Part shown: positions 17,967 through 26,821 of the stretch, one piece after another
How positions within the stretch are numbered: position 1 is the stretch's first letter
How the letters are laid out: each line of letters starts with the position of its first letter
From: a virus
Taxonomy: Duplodnaviria; Caudoviricetes
Reading direction: 5' to 3' (one strand)
Length of the DNA stretch: 43,399 nucleotides
Virus record (IMG/VR): IMGVR_UViG_3300048850_000056
Span: 1-43,399 of that record
The notes under the pieces: generated by a model
The model's input: only the letters and a program-made list of their open reading frames with translations
Databases searched by the model: none
Told to the model about the DNA's origin: nothing
Program-made: the position numbers and the translations under genes

Positions 17967-18283
17967 GGCTACTCAGATCATGGGTAGAAAGCGGGCAGGA
18001 CCCTTCGCTTTTCTGGGCGCTCACGCCGAGAGAAATCGGCGTCATCCTCGATGGCGCCGTTGCAAGGCTCAAGAGGGAGCGCGAGGCGCAGATGTCGATT
18101 GCATGGCACACGGCCTACATGACGGCCTACGCCCCGCAGAAGAGCCGACAATTCTGGAAGCTGAAAGAGCTCCTCGGCGACCACGACAAGCCAACAGGCA
18201 GACGAATGACGCCGGAAGAGATCCAGGCGGTCACGCGCGGCTGGCTGGCATCACGGCACAGGAAGGGTAAACATGGCCGGTAG
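17933..18283 (+). CDS. gpT-like C-terminal part of the tail chaperone, reached by -1 frameshift (full product 17613-18283)
   Basis: Slippery A-AAC-CCT (17933-17939); the -1 frame opens immediately after TGA 17930-17932 and encodes PSLFWALTPREI. Confidence 0.8.
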   Translation, partial: KPSEGEGFRPLRLLRSWVESGQDPSLFWALTPREIGVILDGAVARLKREREAQMSIAWHTAYMTAYAPQKSRQFWKLKELLGDHDKPTGRRMTPEEIQAVTRGWLASRHRKGKHGR

Positions 18284-20045
18284 TGCAGTGATTGGCGCCC
18301 TCCGGGTCAACCTTGGCATCGACAGCGCGGCCTTCTCCAACGGGCTGAAGCAGGCGCAGTCCGGCCTGTCTCGTTTCGGCTCTATGGCGAAGACGGGCTT
18401 GCTCGCCGTTGGTGCGGCCGCAACCGCTGTCGGCGGGGCGCTTGCTGTAGGCGTTAAGGGTGCGGTTGATGCTGCTGACGACATGTCGAAGGCGGCGGCC
18501 AAGATCGGCATACCCATCGAGGAGCTTTCCCGCCTGAAATATGCCGCCGACCTCTCGGGAGTTTCTTTCGAGGGCCTGCAAACCTCTGTCGGTCGACTCT
18601 CGAAAGTCATGACCGAGGCAAAGAACGGCTCGGCCTCCGCGATCGAGAAGTTCAATCAGCTCGGCGTCACCGTCACCAATGCGGACGGATCGTTGAAGTC
18701 TACGAGCCAGGTTCTCTCGGAGATGGCGGATAGATTCGCCGCCATGCCCGACGGCGCGGAGAAGACCGCGCTCGCGATGGAGCTCATGGGCCGCTCAGGC
18801 GCGAACATGATCCCGCTTCTGAATGGCGGTTCGGAGGCTCTACAGAAGCTGATGGCGGAGGCCGACAGCTTCGGGCAGGTTTTCACGAAGGAGATGGGCG
18901 CCAATGCGGAGGCGTTCAACGACAACATTTCGCGCCTTCAAGGCACGTTCGGCGCCATAGCCGCGCAGGTCGCGCAGCAACTCCTACCGCACATGGTGGC
19001 GTTCACCGATTGGCTCGTGAACAATGCGCCGGCCATCGCGAATTTCGTCGTTCAGATCGTCGAGTTCGGCGCCCAGATCGTGAACCTCGGGAACTCCATC
19101 ATCAATCTGATGACGGGAGCCTGGGCACAGTTCGAAGCCGGATGGAACCGGATCATCGAACTTCGAAACCAGCTAGTCGCCTCTCTGCAAGGTTTGGCGG
19201 AGGAGATCATCGGCGTCTTCGTTGCCATCCCCGGCAAGATGCTGGAGATCGGCGGCCAGATCGTTGATGGACTCTGGCAGGGTATTCAGGCGAAGTGGGA
19301 AGGCCTCAAGGCCAAGGTTTCAGCGCTTGGCGACAGCATGGTAGGCTGGTTTAAGTCGCCATTCGACATCCATTCGCCCTCGCGCGTCATGCACGAGATC
19401 GGCACCTTCATCGTGCAAGGTCTCGCCAACGGTATCACCGCAACCCAACCCAACGCGCTCGCAGCGGCCAACGGTGTCTCCTCTACTGTTATGGGCGCGT
19501 TCAACGGGATGGATCAACTCGGGAGCAACATCTCGAGTTCTCTCAGCGGTGTGTTCCAAGGCCTGATCGACGGATCGAAGAGCGTCAAGGATGTTCTAAA
19601 CGACCTCCTCGGGCAGCTTTCCGACATGTTTATGAACCAGGCGTTTCAGGCACTGTTCGGCGGCGGTATCGCTGGGAACTCCGGCGGCCTCTTCGGCGGC
19701 CTGTTTGGCGGCATCGGAAAGCTGTTCGGATTCGCGAATGGCGGCTCCTTCAAGGTCGGCGGCGCGGGCGGCGTGGATAGCCAGCTCGTCGCCTTCAAGG
19801 CCTCTCCGAACGAGACGGTTTCGATCACGAAGCCGGGCCAGGAGAACAGGAGCGCGCAACAGGTCTTTGTCATGGTCGGGGTCGATCCGAAGAACGGCAC
19901 GATCGAGCCCTACGTGAACAGCTCGATCGAGAAGGCATCACCGCGCATCGTGGCAACCTCGGTTGCCGAGGCAAACCGCCAAGCGCCGGCGGCGATGGCG
20001 AGCTATCAGCAGAGCAAGGCAGGCGGGGATTATCGCAATGGTTGA
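18273..20045 (+). CDS. Tail tape measure protein, 590 aa
   Basis: IGALRVNLGID N-terminus, Ala/Gly-rich helical body, IHSPSRV motif, GFANGGSF. Confidence 0.93.
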   Translation: MAGSAVIGALRVNLGIDSAAFSNGLKQAQSGLSRFGSMAKTGLLAVGAAATAVGGALAVGVKGAVDAADDMSKAAAKIGIPIEELSRLKYAADLSGVSFEGLQTSVGRLSKVMTEAKNGSASAIEKFNQLGVTVTNADGSLKSTSQVLSEMADRFAAMPDGAEKTALAMELMGRSGANMIPLLNGGSEALQKLMAEADSFGQVFTKEMGANAEAFNDNISRLQGTFGAIAAQVAQQLLPHMVAFTDWLVNNAPAIANFVVQIVEFGAQIVNLGNSIINLMTGAWAQFEAGWNRIIELRNQLVASLQGLAEEIIGVFVAIPGKMLEIGGQIVDGLWQGIQAKWEGLKAKVSALGDSMVGWFKSPFDIHSPSRVMHEIGTFIVQGLANGITATQPNALAAANGVSSTVMGAFNGMDQLGSNISSSLSGVFQGLIDGSKSVKDVLNDLLGQLSDMFMNQAFQALFGGGIAGNSGGLFGGLFGGIGKLFGFANGGSFKVGGAGGVDSQLVAFKASPNETVSITKPGQENRSAQQVFVMVGVDPKNGTIEPYVNSSIEKASPRIVATSVAEANRQAPAAMASYQQSKAGGDYRNG

Positions 20046-20736
20046 CGTCATCCAGTGGCCGGCGGACCTGCTGACACCCGCCGAGTGCCGGCCGAACATG
20101 AACCCATTCACGCGCACCGGCGGCCGCTCTCTCGGCGGCCTCCAGCCGGCAGTGAGGACGGATCTCGGCTTCTGGTCGATCGACCTTATCGACATTCCCG
20201 TTCATTCGATCGCCCAGCGGCGCACATGGGAGGCAATCAGCCAGAAGCTTTCCGGAGCGGCCGGCCTGATCGCAGTTCCTGCGTGGTCGCAAGATGTTGC
20301 TCCGTATGCCTCTGGCCGCTTTGAGCCAATCATCGAGACCGAGCACAGCGACGACACGCCGTTCTCGGACGGCACGCCATACACGCAGGGCGCAATTTCG
20401 GTCGTGACCGATGGCGTGACCCCGGTGGGGGCAACGTCCATCCGGCTCCGGATCATCAACGCCGCCGCTGATCTGGTCGGCGTCAGGTTCTCGTATCACC
20501 ACGCGCTCTATCGCACTGGTCCTGTTCTCTCGATCAACGGCGACATCTGGACACTCCCGATCTCTCCGACTGTGCGAGAGCTGATCCCGGCGGGCGCCGA
20601 CCTCGAATTCGACCAGCCAACGTGCATCTGCAGACTGGCAGAAGATCGCGGCATGGACGGCGGTGTTGATGCGGTGCCTTTCGAGCGCCGGAGCGTCTCT
20701 TTCGTCGAAGCGGCCGATTACTGGGCAAATCTCTGA
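20038..20736 (+). CDS. Minor tail (distal tail-like) protein
   Basis: Follows the tape measure gene; coupled start MVDVIQWP. Confidence 0.7.
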   Translation: MVDVIQWPADLLTPAECRPNMNPFTRTGGRSLGGLQPAVRTDLGFWSIDLIDIPVHSIAQRRTWEAISQKLSGAAGLIAVPAWSQDVAPYASGRFEPIIETEHSDDTPFSDGTPYTQGAISVVTDGVTPVGATSIRLRIINAAADLVGVRFSYHHALYRTGPVLSINGDIWTLPISPTVRELIPAGADLEFDQPTCICRLAEDRGMDGGVDAVPFERRSVSFVEAADYWANL

Positions 20737-20742
20737 GGAACC

Positions 20743-21315
20743 ATGTCGATCAAATCGCTTCGTATCCTCTGCGACATCGAGTTGCCGGAGGCCACAATCC
20801 GCGCGTGGGATGGGTCCGGTGGTCCGTTCATTGACGGCGACGGCAACATGTACCGGCCAGCGCAATTCACGGAAGACGCGCTGCAATCAATCCAGGCGGC
20901 CATCAACGGCGAGGCCTACACGCTGGCGCTGTCTCTCATATCGGTTACCCAGTCGGCGGCCGATGAAATCTGGGAGTACGACGAGCAGACCTCGGTCCAA
21001 GGCTCTCCGTTCATCGTCAAGCTGCAAATCCTCGATGAGGACGAGCAGCCCGACGGTGATCCGATCATCGTCTTCACCGGCGACATCGACAATCTGGATG
21101 TCGCGGACGAGGCCACCAACGAGGGGATCAGATCGGTGGTCAACGTCGAGGCCACGAACCGTTTCACTTTGCGCACGGTCACGAATGGCGCCGTTCTTTC
21201 GGATGTCGACCAGCGCGCCCGGTCTGAACTGCTGAACCCCTCGGCGCCGGATGACGAGTTCTGCAAGCGCGTCCCTCTGATGCGTGACCAGACAATAAAA
21301 TGGCCCAACTGGTAA
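20743..21315 (+). CDS. Minor tail tip protein
   Basis: Synteny; DVDQRAR...PDDEFC...IKW C-terminal pattern. Confidence 0.7.
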   Translation: MSIKSLRILCDIELPEATIRAWDGSGGPFIDGDGNMYRPAQFTEDALQSIQAAINGEAYTLALSLISVTQSAADEIWEYDEQTSVQGSPFIVKLQILDEDEQPDGDPIIVFTGDIDNLDVADEATNEGIRSVVNVEATNRFTLRTVTNGAVLSDVDQRARSELLNPSAPDDEFCKRVPLMRDQTIKWPNW

Positions 21316-21714
21316 ATGGAACAGACGCTCGAGCAATTCCTTGCCGTCTATCGCGAAAAGCCGTGGTCGCCGGGTGTCGAGGTGGATTGCTGCCTTGCCC
21401 TTGCCGAATGGGCGATCTGGCTGGGCTATCCGGATCCGGCGCAGCACCTGCGCGGCGCCTATGACAGCGAAGAGGGCTTCCGGGCAATCGTTGAGCGGGA
21501 AGGGAACGTCCCGGCTGTCGTTGCCCCCTGCGTCGATAGAATCCACGGGAAACCGCTCCAGCGGCCGCGCTGCGGCGCGATCGGCGTGATCGGAAGCGTC
21601 ACCAACATTCATCGGCAGTTCGGCGCCATCCACGACGGAGAGCGCTGGAATGTCCGCTTCAAGAACGGCGTCGTCTTCATGACGGCCGCTCCCCTCGCAA
21701 TCTGGATGATCTGA
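21316..21714 (+). CDS. NlpC/P60-like tail assembly protein (DUF6950-like)
   Basis: PWSPGVEVDCCLALAEW motif; lambda gpK-like position. Confidence 0.7.
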   Translation: MEQTLEQFLAVYREKPWSPGVEVDCCLALAEWAIWLGYPDPAQHLRGAYDSEEGFRAIVEREGNVPAVVAPCVDRIHGKPLQRPRCGAIGVIGSVTNIHRQFGAIHDGERWNVRFKNGVVFMTAAPLAIWMI

Positions 21715-23825
21715 TGCCGGGCATTATCGATAGCATCGCGCTTATCGTGTCGTCTCTGGCGACGGCGACATGGGCCGCGAACGCGCTTTATCTCGGGACC
21801 TATGCTGCGCTGGCCGGCGGCCTCGCTTTCGGCGCGGCAGCCCTGCAGGGCATGTTCGTCGATAAGCCGAAGGTGCCGAAGCCGGACGACGGCAGCTATA
21901 ACCTGAAACAGAGCGTGCCGTCGCTTCCCTATGTCCTCGGCAGGACCAAGAAGGGCGGCGATTACGTCTTCCTCGAGGAGAAGAACGGCACGGCATACCA
22001 CATCATCGTGTGGGCCGGTCACCGCATCCACCAATTTGTGCGGCACTACCTTCACGACGACCCGGCGACACTCAACGTTGACGGCGGAGTGACCGAGCCG
22101 GGCCATTACGACAAGGACGGCGTGAGCTTCGTTCACATCAAAACGCGCCTCGGTCTGAATGCCGAAACCGCCTATTCGGAAGTTGTCACGGCGTTCCCGA
22201 CGATCTGGGATAACAACTGCCGCGGCGACGGGCTGGCATCCGTCCTGATGCGGTGCAGGACGGTCGACCAGAAAGAATTTCTCGATGTCTACCCGAACCA
22301 GATGCCGGAGCATTCGGCGGTAGGCGACGGCGCGCTTCTCTATGATCCTCGCAAGGACAGCACGCAGGGCGGATCCGGCTCGCACCGCTACAACAACCCG
22401 AACACCTGGGAGTTTTCAAGCAACCTTGCGCTGATGCGGCTCTGGCACCTCTGCCACCCGGTCGGCGGCAAGATGGCCTATGAGAACATGTATCTGCCCG
22501 ACTGGGCGAATGCCGCCAACGTCTGCGATCAGAACGTGACGAACCGCAACGGCGGCACGGAGAAGCGCTATCACGGCGGCTTCTGGTTCCGCGCCAGCAA
22601 CGACCCGATCGAAGTCGGGCGCATCATGGATGAGGCGGCCGAGATGGTCGTCTATGAGCGGGCAGACGGGAAGATCGGCGTTCATGCCGGCGAGTTCGTG
22701 GCTCCGGATGTTCGCCTGGATGCCGAGAGCATCTTCAGCATCCGCGTCGACAAGAACAAGCGCCGGGCGAACACCGTGCTCGGCGTGCGCGGCCGGTACG
22801 TCAACACGGCGAAGGATTACATCACCGAGGATGCCGCGATCTACGGCGACCCCTATGCCGTGGTCGACGACAACACGGAGCGCACGCGGACTTTCGAGAA
22901 TGCGGCGATCCAGAGCCACAACCACTGCCAGCGGAAGCAGAAGCTGATCTTCATCCGGGCCAATGCGCGCAAGGTGGCCGTGGTCGCCGACTACACCGCC
23001 GAGGGCGTGCGCGATCTGGCCTATCGCCGTTTCGTGACGGTTCACTACCCATCGCGCGGGCTGGCAGAGGCGACGATCGAAATCACCTCGAGCGTCACGA
23101 TCGATCTCCGCAACATGCGGGTGTCGTTCTCGGGCATCATCGTGTCTTCGTCGCTCTACAGCTTCAACGCCGCGACGGAGGAGGGCGAGCCTGGCGAGGC
23201 GGTCGAGCCCTTGCCCGATGAGGGCGTGCCGGTGCCCGTCGATTTCGCGGCATCAATACAGACGGAAGTGGTCTCGGGCGGCGCAACGGCCGCCTTTATT
23301 CTGGCCACTTGGGATTTCGTAGACGACACGCTCACTTACGAGCTCGAATACGACCGCACCAGCGGATCGACGGGCGTGCAATCGGTGTTCTCGGAGGCCG
23401 GCGCGACACAGGTTCGCTCGGGCTATCTGGTCGACGGCGAGGAATACAAGGTGCGCCTGCGCGCGTGGGGCGGTGGCACGAAGTCTGACTGGACCGACTA
23501 CGTCTTCCTGACGGCCACAGCGGACCCTGTTGCCCCTGCGCCGGTCACGGCTGTCAGCGTGGACGTGTCGACACCGGGAGAAGCCGAGTTCGGCTGGACG
23601 GCTCCAAACTCGGCCAACTACTACGCATGTCGAATCTACATAAACACCGTCGATGACCTTGGAACGGCAACGCTCGCGGCGACCGAATACGGGCCGCCGA
23701 GCGCGACGGACCTTCGCGTCGTCACGTCACTGACGGCCGGCACCTATTACGGCTGGCTGCTGTCGATCAATCCGTCGGGCACTCCCGGCACGGCGGTCGC
23801 AACCGGCGCCTTCACCGTCATCTAA
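21714..23825 (+). CDS. Tail tip/host-specificity protein with C-terminal FN3-like domains
   Basis: PYVLGRTKKGG, LYDPRKDST, WEFSSNLAL; EYKVRLRA and WTAP FN3-like segments. Confidence 0.85.
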   Translation: MPGIIDSIALIVSSLATATWAANALYLGTYAALAGGLAFGAAALQGMFVDKPKVPKPDDGSYNLKQSVPSLPYVLGRTKKGGDYVFLEEKNGTAYHIIVWAGHRIHQFVRHYLHDDPATLNVDGGVTEPGHYDKDGVSFVHIKTRLGLNAETAYSEVVTAFPTIWDNNCRGDGLASVLMRCRTVDQKEFLDVYPNQMPEHSAVGDGALLYDPRKDSTQGGSGSHRYNNPNTWEFSSNLALMRLWHLCHPVGGKMAYENMYLPDWANAANVCDQNVTNRNGGTEKRYHGGFWFRASNDPIEVGRIMDEAAEMVVYERADGKIGVHAGEFVAPDVRLDAESIFSIRVDKNKRRANTVLGVRGRYVNTAKDYITEDAAIYGDPYAVVDDNTERTRTFENAAIQSHNHCQRKQKLIFIRANARKVAVVADYTAEGVRDLAYRRFVTVHYPSRGLAEATIEITSSVTIDLRNMRVSFSGIIVSSSLYSFNAATEEGEPGEAVEPLPDEGVPVPVDFAASIQTEVVSGGATAAFILATWDFVDDTLTYELEYDRTSGSTGVQSVFSEAGATQVRSGYLVDGEEYKVRLRAWGGGTKSDWTDYVFLTATADPVAPAPVTAVSVDVSTPGEAEFGWTAPNSANYYACRIYINTVDDLGTATLAATEYGPPSATDLRVVTSLTAGTYYGWLLSINPSGTPGTAVATGAFTVI

Positions 23826-23899
23826 CCCACCCGCAACAAGCGACATTTGAAACTTTTCCGCCCTGGCAATCGCCGGGCCTTTTGCCTTTGGAGAAGAGA

Positions 23900-25906
23900 A
23901 TGGTCACCGCCAATCAGGTCTTTCGCGACTACGAAACCGATGGTGTGCCGTCGTCAGGAGCCCACGAGGTCAAAAAGGCCGAAGTTCGCGAGCTGCTGGG
24001 CGGTTACGAAACCATTATCAATGCGTTTCTGTCGGACGGCGGGATGATCTACACGAGTAAGGCATCGCTGGATGCTGATCTAGCTCATGGTAACCACTCC
24101 TCCGCCTGGGTGATCGGCGATCCTGTCGCTGCCAACAACGGCGTGTACATGAAGGTCGGGGCGTCTGGTACCGGCTTGTGGACGCGCGTCGCGGATCTGC
24201 CTTTCAGCTTCATCATCGCGAGCGACACAGGCGCCGGCACGCCCAACGCCATTCAGGCGACGACGAGCATCCCTGTCTCCGGGTCCGCCCTCGTTTGGAT
24301 GAACATTTTCGAGGCGAATACCTCATCGCCTGTGACCGTCTCGTTCAACGGCGGCTCTGCGCTCACGATCAAGACGAACAGCGGCAATGATGTCGTCGCT
24401 GGCGGCCTTGTTGCCGGCATGATCGTGCTCGGCATCGTCAGCGGCATCAATTTCCGATTGCTGAACGATCAGGTCTCGAGCTCGATCGTCGCGGCTGCCG
24501 AAGGTTGGGCCAACATCGCGCAGGCGGCGGCAAACAACAACCTCGCATTCCCGACCAAGGCGGCTGCATCTGCCGCGACTATCGATCCCTCCATAAATGT
24601 CGTGACCGTTCGGGGCAATACGTCTGAGGAGGACGGATTCGGCGGCCCATACGGTAGGACGAATACAGGCAGCAACGACACGTTTGTATCCGGTGGCGAC
24701 ACTTGGTACAGGCAACCGGGGTCGGGATTCGACTTTGACATAACTGTCACTGTAGGGCCCGGGGGGCAATTCTCGACGATCAATGCAGCCTTGGAAATGC
24801 TTTCGCTGCTGGATGCCCCGCGCTACATAAAGAACGGCGTTACCGCTCAGATCCGCCTACTCAGCGGGTTTGTCATGATGGAACAGATAGCCGTTTACAA
24901 ACGGGATTTTGGCTGGATCACGATCACTGCCGACGATCCCCTAGTCACCATCGATCGAGCCTCTTTGTCCGAGCCGCAATACAACTTGTATTTTCCGGCG
25001 TTCACGGCTGCACAGTGCGCCGTCCTGCCATCCATAGCGGCGTTGTTTGAAATGAATACCACTGGATCGCCGACGCCAGGGGAAGGTGGTCGAAGCGGCA
25101 TATTCGTGGTTGACAATTCAAAGGTGTATGTGGCCCCCGGCGCGGGCGTGAGGAAGGCCGAAAAGCGTGGCCTTCACATTGCAAACGGGTCCATCGCAAT
25201 CGCACGGGCGACCGACTTCCGTGAAGCCGGCGAAGCTTGTGTACGTGCCGCGCATTCTATTGTCGAGGTCAGAAATTCGATTTTGACCGGCGGATATAAG
25301 GGGTTGATGGTAGCGGGTTTAGCTGTCGTTGACGCGGAAGGCGCGAACGTTTCCAACTCGACATATGCAGGCATAGAGAACATCGACGCGTATGTAAGGT
25401 TCGGTTCAGGAAGTGCGAACAACTGCAATATTGCACTCATAATGCAGAATGGTGTCACCACGGCCCGGTCAGCACAATTGAACAATGCCCTCACTAACGC
25501 CGTCGAACTCCGGGAAGGTGCGCGCGCAAACCTGCGATCATGTCTCATTCAAGGTGCGTTGGGTGGACAGGCGGTCTATAATTCCGGATCCGATGTTTTC
25601 TTGGGCAACGCTAACTTGAACAACGCGAACGGTCACGCGATCACGGCCGATGGAGGTAAGGTTGAGGCGCCAATTGCGGTTCTAACCAATGCCGGCCGGT
25701 CTGGGACTGGTTACGCAGTCAACGCTGTCAACGGCGGCAAAGTTAACGCCCAAGGTGCCGACGGTTCCGGTGCTGCTGGGTTGGCCGGGAATGCTGTTTC
25801 TTTCATGATCAACAACGGGTCGGAAATAAACGCCAACGGCGCGACAGGCACCGCAGGCAGAACCATTAACACGTTATCCCGTCACGGCATCATCTACAAA
25901 GAATAG
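23900..25906 (+). CDS. Tail fibre/spike with C-terminal parallel beta-helix-like domain, ~668 aa
   Basis: GGAG RBS; NNGVYMK N-terminal module; VGPGGQFSTINAAL followed by Asn/Gly/Ala-rich repeats. Confidence 0.8.
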   Translation: MVTANQVFRDYETDGVPSSGAHEVKKAEVRELLGGYETIINAFLSDGGMIYTSKASLDADLAHGNHSSAWVIGDPVAANNGVYMKVGASGTGLWTRVADLPFSFIIASDTGAGTPNAIQATTSIPVSGSALVWMNIFEANTSSPVTVSFNGGSALTIKTNSGNDVVAGGLVAGMIVLGIVSGINFRLLNDQVSSSIVAAAEGWANIAQAAANNNLAFPTKAAASAATIDPSINVVTVRGNTSEEDGFGGPYGRTNTGSNDTFVSGGDTWYRQPGSGFDFDITVTVGPGGQFSTINAALEMLSLLDAPRYIKNGVTAQIRLLSGFVMMEQIAVYKRDFGWITITADDPLVTIDRASLSEPQYNLYFPAFTAAQCAVLPSIAALFEMNTTGSPTPGEGGRSGIFVVDNSKVYVAPGAGVRKAEKRGLHIANGSIAIARATDFREAGEACVRAAHSIVEVRNSILTGGYKGLMVAGLAVVDAEGANVSNSTYAGIENIDAYVRFGSGSANNCNIALIMQNGVTTARSAQLNNALTNAVELREGARANLRSCLIQGALGGQAVYNSGSDVFLGNANLNNANGHAITADGGKVEAPIAVLTNAGRSGTGYAVNAVNGGKVNAQGADGSGAAGLAGNAVSFMINNGSEINANGATGTAGRTINTLSRHGIIYKE

Positions 25907-26026
25907 GGGTGTCTCGGCGACCATCTAGTGACCGCAAAGCTTCCCTTCTCAAATTGCCCTATAGACAACCGAGAGAGGCTGCGGCTATGTCTGCAGCCTC
26001 TAGGATAGGCTGTAGGAACACGATCA

Positions 26027-26266
26027 ATGGCAATGTACGCCGAAGATACCCTGACATACCGCTCTAAGGGGGAGGACGTTTCCTCGCTGAAATGGCTTCT
26101 CCGGCAATGCGGATACGGTGATCATCTGGACCATAGCGACGTGTACGACCGGTATACTGAGAAAGCGGTCATGAAATTCCAGTGGTCTCAGGGGCTGCCG
26201 GCCCACGGGGTGGCGGACAATGAGACGTTTGACCGCCTCATCGCCCTCGCCGACAAAGCCACCTAG
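26027..26266 (+). CDS. Stand-alone peptidoglycan-binding (PG_binding_1-like) protein, 79 aa
   Basis: SKGEDVSSLKWLL...TEKAVMKFQWSQGLPAHGVADNETF; AGGA RBS. Confidence 0.8.
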   Translation: MAMYAEDTLTYRSKGEDVSSLKWLLRQCGYGDHLDHSDVYDRYTEKAVMKFQWSQGLPAHGVADNETFDRLIALADKAT

Positions 26267-26270
26267 GCTC

Positions 26271-26819
26271 CTAGTGCCACTCTATCAGCCTAGTTCTCTT
26301 GGCTATCTCCGCGAGTAGAAGGTCGTGGTCGCGACCTTCGGCAGGAAACCGGTTCTGGTGAAACTCGCATATAAGAAGATCGACCAGCTTTATAGCTTTG
26401 GTCTCGATCATACGCCGCAACACTGGATACTCCGCGCCCTCTATATCCATCTTCACGGTCACATCGTCGGCTAAGGTGACTCTCCGGAGTAGCCAAGCGG
26501 CAAAGTCCACTGCCGGGACTTCAACTGAGTTGTCGTAATGGATCTCAAACTCTGGCGCCTGTGGCATAGGCACCTTGCCCTCCATCACAGTTGACGAGAG
26601 AGGGTGCCCGAGAAAGAGTTCTATTGTTCCATCGGACACCCATGCCGCCTTGTGCATGATCTTAATTTTCTGGTTCCCTTTAAAGCGCTTCCGCAGGGAT
26701 CGAACCAAATGGGGGTTTGCCTCAAACCCCCAGATGAGATGGCTTGGGTGCCATTCAGCAAATTTTGCGATGGTGTCGCCGACATTCGCACCCAGGTCCA
26801 GGTAAATTTTTCGTCCCAC
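26271..26819 (-). CDS. FkbM-family methyltransferase, ~182 aa
   Basis: YLDLGANVG, GFEANP, VKMDIEGAEY; GTG start after AAAGGA. Confidence 0.88.
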   Translation of the reverse strand: MGRKIYLDLGANVGDTIAKFAEWHPSHLIWGFEANPHLVRSLRKRFKGNQKIKIMHKAAWVSDGTIELFLGHPLSSTVMEGKVPMPQAPEFEIHYDNSVEVPAVDFAAWLLRRVTLADDVTVKMDIEGAEYPVLRRMIETKAIKLVDLLICEFHQNRFPAEGRDHDLLLAEIAKRTRLIEWH

Positions 26820-26821
26820 AA

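Noticed and set aside
23900-26266. Diversity-generating retroelement or invertible tail-fibre cassette
   Set aside because: No reverse transcriptase, invertase, TR/VR pair or flanking inverted repeats seen.
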